From contig CAIMWO010000031.1 of NCBI GenBank assembly GCA_903845195.1, positions 69,207-133,206 on the forward strand: a stretch of DNA of 64,000 nt, given 5' to 3'. This DNA is from an uncultured Phycisphaerales bacterium (GTDB taxonomy: Bacteria; Planctomycetota; Phycisphaerae; WQYP01). A program made the translations under genes and the position numbers. The notes below the pieces were generated by a model. That model had not been told where the DNA came from. It searched no databases and saw only the letters and a list, made by a program, of their open reading frames with translations. This document shows, piece after piece, positions 28,690 to 38,394 of the stretch; position 1 is the first letter of the stretch; each line of letters starts with the position of its first letter.

Positions 28690-30230
28690 CAACCACGCCC
28701 CCCATGAATCCTGTTTCGCGGGCTCTTTCCTTTGTCCTGAAAGGGAATCCCAGTCTCCTCGTCCTCGATTACGCGGACAAGGGCACATTCTCGGATCTCT
28801 GGCTAAAGGGATTGGAGTCATACACTCCAGAAATTGCTGGACACCAGGTGCCTTGGAATGATGAGCACGAGGTTGTGCTAATTGTTGGTGGACCGCCTCC
28901 CGCCGAGGCATTCAAGGAAATGCCGGAGTGCCTCAACGGTATCAATTTTCGCGATCATTTAACTGCGGCGTCATGGGCGGCGGCCTGGCGGCTCAGGTTT
29001 CCAGGCGCCAAGGCGCGTGTAGTTGTGCTCGCATCGAGTTCATATGGAACGGTGGGTTCGATCGCCGAGGCTCTGGCCACCCTGTTTAGCGCTCATGATG
29101 CGACCGGTTTGCCGCTCGTGCCTGGGATTAGCTTCTTGGGGTCGCCCTCGCTGGAAATCCTGTGCGAGAGCCTGAATGCTGATGACGGTGAAGTCATGGA
29201 ACCAACACCAACTGTCTTGGCGATGCTGCGCACCACTCTCTGGTACGGACTGACTTCTGATCGCGGTGACCACCATGCCGTGAGCAACGTCCTAGGTGCA
29301 CTCTTGCTGAGCTCTCAAGTAGGAAGGGGAGAGGCTCACGGAGGTCGAGCTTGGGCTGAAGATTATCTTCTCGCCCTGGCGAAGGCATGTGGCGTATTCG
29401 CCAACAGCGATCAAGCAGAAGTCAAGAATCGCCAGGGATCCAAGTGTTGGATAAATCCGCAAATACAGAGCGTCGTTAGCGCGGCAGTCCTGATCGATGA
29501 CATGGCCGACTTATGGGGAGTTTTCCTTCGAAACGCACTTGGGTTTGCCAGTGGTGCGGATTTCACAGGACAAGACCGCACCTTCCGTGAAAGTTTCGTC
29601 AGCTCACCTGACGGGAAATTCTTCGATGAACTCCAAGGATTGCCTGCAAGGTTAAAGGCTTTTCTCGGCTCCGGTGATCCATTCATTGCCGCCAGTGACC
29701 TTATCTCCGGGCAGCATAAGGTCAAGAAAGACTTCGTTCTATTCCTAGATCTTCGCCTCTTTCCCAAACGCGGTCTTGGCAGAAGCGATCAACAGGCGAT
29801 GTTTTTTTCAGAACTCGCTGAATTCGGTCTTGCCCTGCTTAATCCTGATCGCAATCTGCCATGGCTCGATGAGCTCGGACAAGAGCTTCTGCGGAATGAA
29901 CTTGGGCAATATGACGTCACGGTCTCGCATCAACCCTCTAATGGTGCGGGCCTCGACCTGCCTCCAGAGGAAACACTATTGCCCCGCCTCCTATCGCTGC
30001 TGGACCCAACACTTCCTATCGTCATCTTCTCTTCCACGCATCACAGTGAATTGACAGACCCATTCCGCGATTATGGCAACATCATCACCACCTTTCGAAA
30101 ACCGGTCGTCACCGCCATGACTCGTGATTGGATAGCGACGCTTGAGGAACTCCACGCCGATTTCGTCTCGGCGCTGGAGAAGTCAGCCAAGGTGATGAGT
30201 GCAAGAAGCATACTGCAGAGTTTTTATTAA
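28686..30230 (+). CDS. Hypothetical protein (514 aa).
   Basis: ATGA-type 4-nt overlap with the upstream gene. No known motif recognised. Confidence 0.5.
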   Translation: MTTTPPMNPVSRALSFVLKGNPSLLVLDYADKGTFSDLWLKGLESYTPEIAGHQVPWNDEHEVVLIVGGPPPAEAFKEMPECLNGINFRDHLTAASWAAAWRLRFPGAKARVVVLASSSYGTVGSIAEALATLFSAHDATGLPLVPGISFLGSPSLEILCESLNADDGEVMEPTPTVLAMLRTTLWYGLTSDRGDHHAVSNVLGALLLSSQVGRGEAHGGRAWAEDYLLALAKACGVFANSDQAEVKNRQGSKCWINPQIQSVVSAAVLIDDMADLWGVFLRNALGFASGADFTGQDRTFRESFVSSPDGKFFDELQGLPARLKAFLGSGDPFIAASDLISGQHKVKKDFVLFLDLRLFPKRGLGRSDQQAMFFSELAEFGLALLNPDRNLPWLDELGQELLRNELGQYDVTVSHQPSNGAGLDLPPEETLLPRLLSLLDPTLPIVIFSSTHHSELTDPFRDYGNIITTFRKPVVTAMTRDWIATLEELHADFVSALEKSAKVMSARSILQSFY

Positions 30231-30252
30231 CAAGGTTATTTCGGGGTGCGGC

Positions 30253-31446
30253 ATGAAATTGTTGGAAGTGTTCTTGGATGAATCTGGGGATATTAATCGC
30301 GGCGGGCCGATGAACATCACCGGAATCGCGGTCCTAAGTCCAAGCGCCAAGGTTGCACAAGCTTTTCATGCTTCGCTCTACACTGTTCTCAAGCCCGAAG
30401 GCCTGACTTCGGGCCTTTGCGATCAATCAGTCGCCAACGGCTCAACATGGGAAACTGTTCGTGCTCCGCAGGGCTACATCCCCAAGCGGCCGAAATCCGG
30501 CGAATGGCTGCAATTCGAAGGGAAGATATCGCAAGTCGCTCAACGCGCTGACGTCCTAGCTGAACGGCTAGGGGTATGGATCAGCGCCTTTTCCTTGGAA
30601 TTTCGCGCCAGTAACCGGCGAGGGTGGAGCACAAACAACGCCACCGAAGATCTGTTGTTGGATCGCACTTACGGGGAGTGCCTTCAGGATGTACTGGAAG
30701 TCTTGCTTTACGAAACTCCTGGCATCCGAGCCAGTTTATCTGATACAGAGGGTTGTGCCCTGGGGATAGATCTTCCCTCACGTATGCTTGGCGCATCAGG
30801 GGCCGATGCGTCCAGCCAAAGAGCAACTATTCAGCAGATGTGGCGGAATTGGGGTATTGACGCCTGGACAGAGATGGCAGATGACGGCCAAATCCAGGTG
30901 ATGGCCAACACGCTTGGAGCATCCGACGGTGTTGACGTCCTAACCGCAGCGCTCAATCGTCGCAAGAATGCAGATATTGCTTTCATAGTGCAACGAGCGC
31001 GATGCTGCAGGCTTGTGACATGGTCGCAATGGCTGGAGGCTGGGAACCTCCCAGAGCAGTCACGAATATCAAAACAGTCTACCATGATTAATAGCACTCC
31101 CCGCCCGAAGCAGATTCATTATTTGGCTGACTATTTAGCGAATCGCTTATTTCAAGGCAGTATCCAGCCAAACAGCGCTCCCTTCGGAAAGTGGTTTGAC
31201 CGTGGATTCCTTCTCTCAAGCGCGGATGAGCATGCTGGCTCATGGATCGGAGCATCGAGGGCGTTTGCGAATGGCAATCGAGTCGAAGCGATACGAAATG
31301 CAGGTGTCATTTGTGCTGATCCTCAGCATAGAGAGACAAAAACATCTTCCTTTTTTAGACGGGCAGCGCGGGAATGGGCAAAGTCCCTTACAGGAAATGA
31401 CTTCCGGGAACTCTTTGGACTAGCCCCAGGGACGACGAATATCTAG
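30253..31446 (+). CDS. DUF3800-like protein (N-terminal LxxFLDESGD motif).
   Basis: ORF track 30199..31446. Internal ATG at 30253 gives MKLLEVFLDESGD..., which resembles the conserved DUF3800 N-terminus. Confidence 0.4.
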   Translation: MKLLEVFLDESGDINRGGPMNITGIAVLSPSAKVAQAFHASLYTVLKPEGLTSGLCDQSVANGSTWETVRAPQGYIPKRPKSGEWLQFEGKISQVAQRADVLAERLGVWISAFSLEFRASNRRGWSTNNATEDLLLDRTYGECLQDVLEVLLYETPGIRASLSDTEGCALGIDLPSRMLGASGADASSQRATIQQMWRNWGIDAWTEMADDGQIQVMANTLGASDGVDVLTAALNRRKNADIAFIVQRARCCRLVTWSQWLEAGNLPEQSRISKQSTMINSTPRPKQIHYLADYLANRLFQGSIQPNSAPFGKWFDRGFLLSSADEHAGSWIGASRAFANGNRVEAIRNAGVICADPQHRETKTSSFFRRAAREWAKSLTGNDFRELFGLAPGTTNI

Positions 31447-31454
31447 AGGCTCAA

Positions 31455-32228
31455 ATGTCTTCAACAGTCTTAAATGAATGGCAATATAATCCACCGGAAT
31501 CGGTGGTGGTTGGCTGCGGCTCTTATTCCGCGGCCCTTGCCAGTATTTTGGGGACAGTCCCCCTTCCATTCGACGAACTGCATGCCGGTCCGGAACCAGA
31601 TACTGACGGCAGCTATGAATGCCTTTTGGAAAACCTGAAACACGTGCTCTTGGTAGTCTCAAACGAAATGGCTGCCGCCGAGACGCTCCGATGTCATCAA
31701 TCCTTATGGCGCTGGGTCGAAAAATTATCCTCTGCTGGTTGCCAGCATGATCTGGCCTTTCTATTCGTTCTCCTGGAAAATACTTCCGAACAATACGAAC
31801 ACGCCCTCGCAATCGGCTTGAGCGTCCCCGCTATCCATCCACCAACCACCGGCCATGCCGTCTGGCGGCGGTCAGGGTCACTCCCGGAACTGCTCGACCT
31901 CGTGGCGGCCACCCAATCGATGGACTTACTCCAACTGACGGCCCGCCGGGCTGTCGACATCAAGCGCCTGGCCTTGGCACGGCTACAGTCCGCTGTTGGA
32001 CGGGATGATTTGAATGACCTCCAAGGCGCCGTGCAGGCCGTTTTTCAAACTTTCCGCGGCAACGAATATGAATTCGATCTATTCTGCCGGCCCCCGAGTC
32101 ACCGCAATGGTAATCTTCTTCGCCGATGGCTGACCGTCGCCGTGACCGGAACCGTCACGCAGGATTGGTGGACCACCGGGAAATCTCAGCTTACCTCCTG
32201 GCTAGATGAAAGGCTGCTATCACCATGA
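31455..32228 (+). CDS. Hypothetical protein (257 aa).
   Basis: 8-nt gap after the upstream gene, 4-nt overlap with the downstream gene. Confidence 0.45.
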   Translation: MSSTVLNEWQYNPPESVVVGCGSYSAALASILGTVPLPFDELHAGPEPDTDGSYECLLENLKHVLLVVSNEMAAAETLRCHQSLWRWVEKLSSAGCQHDLAFLFVLLENTSEQYEHALAIGLSVPAIHPPTTGHAVWRRSGSLPELLDLVAATQSMDLLQLTARRAVDIKRLALARLQSAVGRDDLNDLQGAVQAVFQTFRGNEYEFDLFCRPPSHRNGNLLRRWLTVAVTGTVTQDWWTTGKSQLTSWLDERLLSP

Positions 32229-33544
32229 GCTCTATTCGGATACTAATCGTTGAGGATGACTCGCAACTGCTACCCATTTTAGCGACTTCCTATCGCAAGA
32301 TCTTCGCGTCCCTTGGCTACGTGGTGACCATTGAGCAAACGAGTAATGTGGCGGACGCAAGACAACTGGCGAAGGCCGCTCATGGTAAACCTTACGATTT
32401 TGTTTCACTCGACGTAAATCTTGGGGACGGCACGCTGACTGGTCTGAACGTCTTGGAAACGTTCAATCGATTTCGATCCGCCTGGATGGTGGCCTTGCTC
32501 ACCGGCGTCGAATCGGACGCGAAGCTGGATGCGACCTTAGGGAGGTCCGAAGCCGAGGATCTTCGCAAAAAGCTTCGCCGGCATGCATACGCGAACTTTC
32601 CAGCGGAACGGCTCATGGTGGTCGAAAAGCCATCCCCGAATGCCGACGACGCGCAGACACTTCTTTCTAATCGGCTAATCCAAATCGCTTTAGTTTACGA
32701 CGAGGTTGCACGCCTTCGCTACGTGTTCCGCCCCATAGAGGTCGCCGGACTCAAGCGCGTCCGGGCGCCCAAGGGAAAGAAGGTGAAGCGCTCGTTCATC
32801 AATACTACCTCGGTGCATTGGCAGATCAGGTTCAATTGTGGCGAAATCAGGACCCTACCAGATATGGCCGGCTTTCAAACTCTCCACCGCTTACTGGCGC
32901 TAGATCGCACCCAGTCGGTTACCCCCGAAGAAGCATTGATGAGTGAACCCAAGACCGAAAAGGCTGAGACCATAAAGACCGAGACGGTCACGCCGGATTG
33001 CGATGCCGATCCGTTGGCTACCTACTTTGAGGCCAAGGGAATCACCTGGAAGGGGCTCCCCCGAGAGGAGCAGGACACGCTGATTCGAGCGGCACTTTCC
33101 CTGCGGATAACGCGATACGTGGAGTTAAGAGAACTGCAGGATGATGAGGACGTCTCGCCTGCCGAAGGAAACGAATTGGATGCAATCAAGAAGGAACTCG
33201 GTCCGCTGGTGGGCGCGGCAGAGCGTGCCTATCAGAGCATTACTGCAATATCCAATCGCCAGAAGGCAGAGGAGGAAGAGGACAAGGACGAGAAATTTGG
33301 GGTGGCAGAAATGTCGGCGGAGGGTCTCCACCTTGAAGGCGGAAACTATGACCGAATCGGAAACGACCGGCGAGGATGGGATTCACCGGGAGGCCAAGCC
33401 TTCCGTGCCAGGATGAAACGCGTCAGGGATTGCCTGCGGGAGAATGGGTTTGACGATTTCGCCACACACATCGAAAAGTCCATCCAGTCCGCCAACGGCA
33501 AGTGGAGTTACAATCAGCCTAACGACATCGAGTGGACAACATGA
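32225..33544 (+). CDS. Response-regulator receiver (REC) domain protein with an uncharacterised ~300-aa C-terminal domain and no obvious HTH output.
   Basis: ILIVEDD...DFVSLDVNLGDG...ALLTG phospho-acceptor pattern. C-terminal ...KWSYNQPNDIEWTT is shared with the paralogue at 33868..35247. Confidence 0.6.
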   Translation: MSSIRILIVEDDSQLLPILATSYRKIFASLGYVVTIEQTSNVADARQLAKAAHGKPYDFVSLDVNLGDGTLTGLNVLETFNRFRSAWMVALLTGVESDAKLDATLGRSEAEDLRKKLRRHAYANFPAERLMVVEKPSPNADDAQTLLSNRLIQIALVYDEVARLRYVFRPIEVAGLKRVRAPKGKKVKRSFINTTSVHWQIRFNCGEIRTLPDMAGFQTLHRLLALDRTQSVTPEEALMSEPKTEKAETIKTETVTPDCDADPLATYFEAKGITWKGLPREEQDTLIRAALSLRITRYVELRELQDDEDVSPAEGNELDAIKKELGPLVGAAERAYQSITAISNRQKAEEEEDKDEKFGVAEMSAEGLHLEGGNYDRIGNDRRGWDSPGGQAFRARMKRVRDCLRENGFDDFATHIEKSIQSANGKWSYNQPNDIEWTT

Positions 33545-33867
33545 CTGGCGTGATAGCCAGATCAAGTGTTTGGGGCGCAATGCTCGGAAGACCTATCATC
33601 GGTATTGCCTGAAATCCGCTTCTTTTCGCTTTTCATTTTGGTCCGTCCATTTCACCACCCATGCGCCAATGTCCGTTTCGGCGCTGAAGTAATACCCTTG
33701 CTCCTGCAGATGTGATGGGACGATTCGTGCCACTGGGCTGGGCCTGCTGGTTGTTGAAATGGATCCCCCCGTAATGAAATGCAGGGAAACACCTCATTTG
33801 GCAATGCCGATAACAGAAGGGCATTTGACCAATGATGCTCTCAAACTCTTAATCTTAGGATCGCCGC

Positions 33868-35247
33868 TTATGTCGTCCACTCTATGTCGTCGGGTGGATT
33901 ATAGCTCCATTTGGCGCCGGGAGACTGAATAGAGTCTTCGATGTGTTTTGCGAACTCAGCGTATCCGTTTTCCCGCAGGTATTTGAAGACGCGCCCCTTT
34001 CTTTGACGGAAGGCCCAGCCAGCCTTTGACTCCTTTCCACGTCGGGCGGGACCATTAGTTACATCAATCCCGCCCTCCTGCCCGAGACCCTCGACAGCCG
34101 CTACCGTCGCCCCCCCCGGCCGGCGATTCTTGGCGTCCCGCCCGGGAGCTTCTTGTTCAGTATCGTTCTGCTTTCCTGCGGCGGCAGCCCTGCTGCGGTA
34201 TTTGTCCTCGGCAATGGCTGCGAGTGGACCAAAGCCCTTCACCATTGCCTCCAACTCATTTTCTTCGCTGGCCAAGAAGTAGGCCTTGGGGTTCTTATCA
34301 TCCTGCATTTCCCTTAGCTCCATGTATCGCATCATCTTCGGGGAAAGCTCCTCTTGAATCAGCGCGTCCAGAGTGTCAGGCGGAAGCCCATCACAGACGA
34401 TTCCCTTGGCTTTGAAATAGGCGGCCACTCCCCTGGCTACGGAGTTTGCGGCCACGGGCTCTTCATTCGCATCTGGACTGACGTTCTCAGGCTTTTCGTT
34501 TTTGGGTTCTTTCATCAATGCTTCCTCGGGCGTAACCACTTGGTTGCGATCTTGCGAGAGCAGGAGCCGGAGAGTCTGGAAGCCGACCATGTCGGGAAGG
34601 GTTCTCATGTCGCCACAATTAAACCTGATCTGCCAATGCACGGAGGTCGTCTCGATAATCCTGCCCTTCTCCTTTGAACCTTTGGGCGATGGAACGCGTT
34701 TGAGGCACGGAACCGTAATGGGTCGGAACACGTAACGAAGGCGCTCGATCTCTTCATACACATGCGCGATTTGTACCAGTCGATTAGTAAGGCGTGCTTG
34801 TGCCTTTTCTGCCTTGTCTGCATCCTTAAGCAAGGAATCCGGTTTTTCGACGACCATCAGTCGCTCGGCGGGGAAACTCGCGTACGCACGCTGCCGGAGC
34901 GTTTTACGAAGGTCCTCCGCTTCGATGCTCCCCACCGTCTTATCCAAGCTCTCGTCCGATTCCACGCCCGTGAGCAACGCGACCATCCAGGCAGATTGGA
35001 AACAATTCAGCGTCTCCAGGACGTGCAGCCCGTTCAGGGTGCGTTCCCCGAGATTTACGTCTAGGGAAACGAAATCATATGGTTTTCCGCGAGCAGTTTT
35101 CGCCAGTCGCCTCGCGTCCGCTACAGTACTCGCCTGCTCAAAAGTTGGCTTGTATCCAAGATCTGAAAATATCTTGCGATACGACGCTTTTAAAAACGCA
35201 AGCAGATTCAGATCGTCTTCGACAATCAAAATATGGACGGACTTCAT
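33868..35247 (-). CDS. Paralogous REC-domain protein (same architecture), convergent with 32225..33544.
   Basis: ORF track 33868..35352. ATG at 35247 (MKSVHILIVEDD...) has a GAAGG RBS. About 55% identity to the upstream paralogue across the full length. Confidence 0.6.
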   Translation of the reverse strand: MKSVHILIVEDDLNLLAFLKASYRKIFSDLGYKPTFEQASTVADARRLAKTARGKPYDFVSLDVNLGERTLNGLHVLETLNCFQSAWMVALLTGVESDESLDKTVGSIEAEDLRKTLRQRAYASFPAERLMVVEKPDSLLKDADKAEKAQARLTNRLVQIAHVYEEIERLRYVFRPITVPCLKRVPSPKGSKEKGRIIETTSVHWQIRFNCGDMRTLPDMVGFQTLRLLLSQDRNQVVTPEEALMKEPKNEKPENVSPDANEEPVAANSVARGVAAYFKAKGIVCDGLPPDTLDALIQEELSPKMMRYMELREMQDDKNPKAYFLASEENELEAMVKGFGPLAAIAEDKYRSRAAAAGKQNDTEQEAPGRDAKNRRPGGATVAAVEGLGQEGGIDVTNGPARRGKESKAGWAFRQRKGRVFKYLRENGYAEFAKHIEDSIQSPGAKWSYNPPDDIEWTT

Positions 35248-35526
35248 GGGAATACCTTCTTTCCATCTAACCAAGAGGTAAGTTGGGTTTATCTCGAGAC
35301 TCATTAATCCTGCGTGACAGGGTTGGTCACAGTGGCATTCAACCACTTGCAAAGAAGATGACCATCTTCATGGTGGTCGGGCTGTCGACAGTACAGATCA
35401 ACCCCTACAAGGCCGAAGGCGTGCACAATACCCCGCGCGACGGCCTGGATGACTTTTCTCCTAAGTGCTGTATCGTAAGGTGTTAAACGTCGATTGCTCT
35501 TTCGTTCCGCCGGATTGAGATGCAGT

Positions 35527-35913
35527 TTAATTCTTATGAGCGACAACTGGTGGCCTTGGATCAGGGCGAGGGTTTGATGGAAGCGTATTTGGAGGCGATG
35601 GAGCTGGTGCGGGGTTGCCGGGGCGCGTCGTGGGCATACGCTGATTTAGGTCGGAGATGATGTTGTTGAGGATAGTGTCCCGCTTCCTGTCGGCATTGCG
35701 ATGCTGCTCCCAGGCACGAATCACGGGATCCGTTGAGGGCGCAACGGGGGGAATCGTCGATTCCGCGGAATTGGCAGAGGCCCTAGGAGGCGAGATCCAA
35801 CGCGCGACGTTGGCTTTCGAGAGCCCGGCCTCCCACAGGGTTCTGCCGTAGCGGTTCCAGCCGATGATCCCAAGCGCCAGTATGCCAATGATCAATAGCA
35901 GTCGTTTAATCAT
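35527..35913 (-). pseudogene. Truncated duplicate (first ~100 aa) of the secreted protein 19527..20876. Diverges into unrelated sequence after ~300 nt.
   Basis: MIKRLLLIIGILALGIIGWNRYGRTLWEA... is nearly identical to the N-terminus of 19527..20876. DNA identity over ~35615-35913. Confidence 0.4.
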
Positions 35914-36878
35914 TTCTTCGCCTCCTGAGTCGGATCCACTTCGAGATGCCAGTCTCCACCCGAGTTGACAAGTCTTGCATGCACTTCATCGCCTCCCAGA
36001 CGTCCATATCTCTGCCGAATGCTCTCCCAGTTACTGGCCACCGATGGCTTGAGCCGTATCTGCACATTCACAAAGCGGCCGTCCAGCCCGAAGCCCCTTG
36101 CCGGTAGTTCGCGGTAGAGACCCTCCGGCAACTCTGAAGCCGCCTGCCAAGGGCCCACTGTCACGCCCGCGCGGTTAAACGTCAGGCGTGCGACACGATT
36201 GTCGTGCCCAATTCCATAGAAGACATCGCCGATGGACTTAGCGGCTTCCAACTCGTTATTGGCCGGCCATGTCACACGCAACACCGCCGTGTCTTTACCT
36301 GCGTCGGCGATTTGGGGAGATTGGACTGCTCGCTCATTTTCCCGGGCGGCCTGCTCCTTCGATTGTCGCAGGGGAATATTCTGTTGCTTGGACGCGTCGG
36401 CCTTGCGGTCCGCTTCGGCCTGCAGGTCCCGAGTTGCGCGGAGTGTATTCTCGCTAACCTCGACCTCGTCAACTTTTGCCGGAAGATGCGGCTCCTGCTT
36501 CGCCTGCGCAGGTTGTGAGGATGGGTTCGTGTGTGCTCCTTCCGTAATCGTGCTGTTCTGTGCCCCGCCGAGGCAAAGCAGCAGTGCTAAACAGGTGACC
36601 GCCAGGCTTGCAGTCACCATCCCCCACATCCTGCCGGTGGGAAGACCCCGACATCGCGCTGCACCTGTTTGAAGTCGAGCTGGTGCCGGCACGGTCTCCC
36701 GATACACTTCCTCGGCGGGCGCCATTTGTGCAAGGACTTCACTTAGAGCCTCCGTTGCGTTGGACGAAAGCTTCGGTACACATGCAGTTGCCGCCTTCTC
36801 ATGCCACGACAGATACCAGACTGCGGCGGCCACCGCAGTCACACCCGCCAGTAGAATGATTGTTGCTGCCAGTACCAT
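35910..36878 (-). CDS. Membrane-anchored/secreted hypothetical protein (322 aa).
   Basis: N-terminal TM. Its 3' tail is duplicated (frameshifted) at 20869-20960. Confidence 0.45.
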   Translation of the reverse strand: MVLAATIILLAGVTAVAAAVWYLSWHEKAATACVPKLSSNATEALSEVLAQMAPAEEVYRETVPAPARLQTGAARCRGLPTGRMWGMVTASLAVTCLALLLCLGGAQNSTITEGAHTNPSSQPAQAKQEPHLPAKVDEVEVSENTLRATRDLQAEADRKADASKQQNIPLRQSKEQAARENERAVQSPQIADAGKDTAVLRVTWPANNELEAAKSIGDVFYGIGHDNRVARLTFNRAGVTVGPWQAASELPEGLYRELPARGFGLDGRFVNVQIRLKPSVASNWESIRQRYGRLGGDEVHARLVNSGGDWHLEVDPTQEAKK

Positions 36879-36956
36879 GAGAGATCCTCCATGTCTGTGT
36901 TCATGTAAGAAACCACGGCGGCTTCGCCAGCCGTGGCCCCCTCTCCGCCTTGTGGT

Positions 36957-37976
36957 TTACCTTGCCGCCGCCGGTGCCGGCGACGGCGCCGTCGTCGGCG
37001 TCGGACTCTGAGTTGCTTGGCGTCGCTGTTGCATGTACTTCTGAACCTGGTCGTGGGACGCCGGTTCGATGGCAGTATTGCCATCTTTGGGCGTGAGCTG
37101 GCCTCGGATGGTTTTGAACAGGGTCGCTGCCGCTACCTGACCAGGGTTGGGTTGGCCGCTGCTGTAGGAGGAGCGGATCCGCTCGCTCGTGTCCAGCAAC
37201 CGCAACCCGTTTGCCATCTGGCGATATAGATAGGCGTTGGCAGCGCTTTCCGCCGACAGAACGGCCATCTCCGCTCCCGCCGAGGCCAAGGTGAGGTCCC
37301 AGCCAGCGGTGGAGCCGCCGGCGACGTTGAGGTCCCCCTGTCCGCATATCTGCTTGATGTTGTTCTCTGCTGTCTCCTTCGCGGATAGGAAGATTCCCAG
37401 CTTCTCTTCCGCCACCGCCGCCGCCTGCTTATCGTTGGCTTTTTGCGCTGCCTCAAGCTCATTCGCCGCATCGTCGATGGATGGTTGCAGATTGGAGTCT
37501 GCCATCGCCTGCTGGACGATGTCCCCGGCGCCTTTTCCCGAGCCTGTTTGTGCCGCCATGCCGACGCTCTTGCTGGCTTCCCCAAAGCGCTGGCTGGCCA
37601 CCTTCGCCTGCTGGCTGATGTGCGCATACTGCTCGGCGACTTGCACGGCAGTCTCCGCGGCCTTCTCCCACTCGCGGGTTTTCGGGTCAGCGGCCTTTCC
37701 CAAGGTGTCGAGCAGCGGGTTCAACACATCGTAGCTGATGGCCGCGGCGGAACGCTCCGCTTTATCCAAGTCCCGCTTCGCCTTGCGCACTACCACTTCA
37801 TTGTCGACGTTCCCGGCATCAACGCCGCCGGCCCCAGTATCCTTCTGGTCCGACACCATGCTCTGGCCCGAAACTTCGGGCGTTGCACCGAGTACCGTCT
37901 GGTTCCACATCGGCGAGCACGCCGCGGCAACTGCGAGAGAAATGGTCAGCGAACGAAGAGTCTGTGACATCGTCAT
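36957..37976 (-). CDS. Secreted hypothetical protein (~339 aa) with an Ala/Gln/Glu-rich helical core.
   Basis: ORF track 36957..38063 begins with TTG. ATG at 37976 gives a signal peptide MTMSQTLRSLTISLAVAAACSP. Confidence 0.45.
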   Translation of the reverse strand: MTMSQTLRSLTISLAVAAACSPMWNQTVLGATPEVSGQSMVSDQKDTGAGGVDAGNVDNEVVVRKAKRDLDKAERSAAAISYDVLNPLLDTLGKAADPKTREWEKAAETAVQVAEQYAHISQQAKVASQRFGEASKSVGMAAQTGSGKGAGDIVQQAMADSNLQPSIDDAANELEAAQKANDKQAAAVAEEKLGIFLSAKETAENNIKQICGQGDLNVAGGSTAGWDLTLASAGAEMAVLSAESAANAYLYRQMANGLRLLDTSERIRSSYSSGQPNPGQVAAATLFKTIRGQLTPKDGNTAIEPASHDQVQKYMQQRRQATQSPTPTTAPSPAPAAAR

Positions 37977-38042
37977 GGTAAACCTGCCTTTTTTGTTAGT
38001 GAGATCCGATACGTTGCGAGGAAACATTCCTCGAACCGTTCG

Positions 38043-38200
38043 TCTGTAATATCTGCGTGACAACTTTTGTCGCCGGAGGAAGATTCATCACGACATCCAT
38101 CCTGTAATCCCTGCGTGACAGTTACTGTCGTCGGAAGAATGTTCATCACGACATGCTTCCTGTAATCCCTGCGTGACAGTTACTGCTGCCGCGAGACCGC
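38043..38200. repeat. About 2.6 tandem copies of a ~58-bp unit (ctgtaat.c.tgcgtgaca...ttcatcacgacat.c.tc), immediately upstream of gene 36957..37976. Candidate regulatory array.
   Basis: Direct visual alignment of three consecutive units. A partial unit also follows the dispersed element at ~21028-21045. Confidence 0.5.
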
Positions 38201-38394
38201 GACTACGGGCGGGGTTAGATCATCTGGACTACACCGGCGAACCCAGAGAGGTCAAGAGGGATCCTTGGAGAGTGTTGATGCCACGCGTGACACATTACGT
38301 AACGCATTTTGGATGGGCAGGCAGCGCAGCCGGCGTACCTCAATCTGCAAGCCATCGATCCACCGAGTGGAAATCAAGTCAAGGAGCAATGCCC

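Noticed and set aside
36204-38049. Plus-strand ORFs (36232..36672, 37237..37734, 37443..37967 and others)
   Set aside because: Antisense to the two secreted-protein genes 35910..36878 and 36957..37976. Arg/Ala-rich mirror frames.
38043-38200. Tandem repeats considered as a CRISPR array
   Set aside because: Only about 2.6 units, abutting with no unique spacers. Unit ~58 bp. No cas genes nearby.
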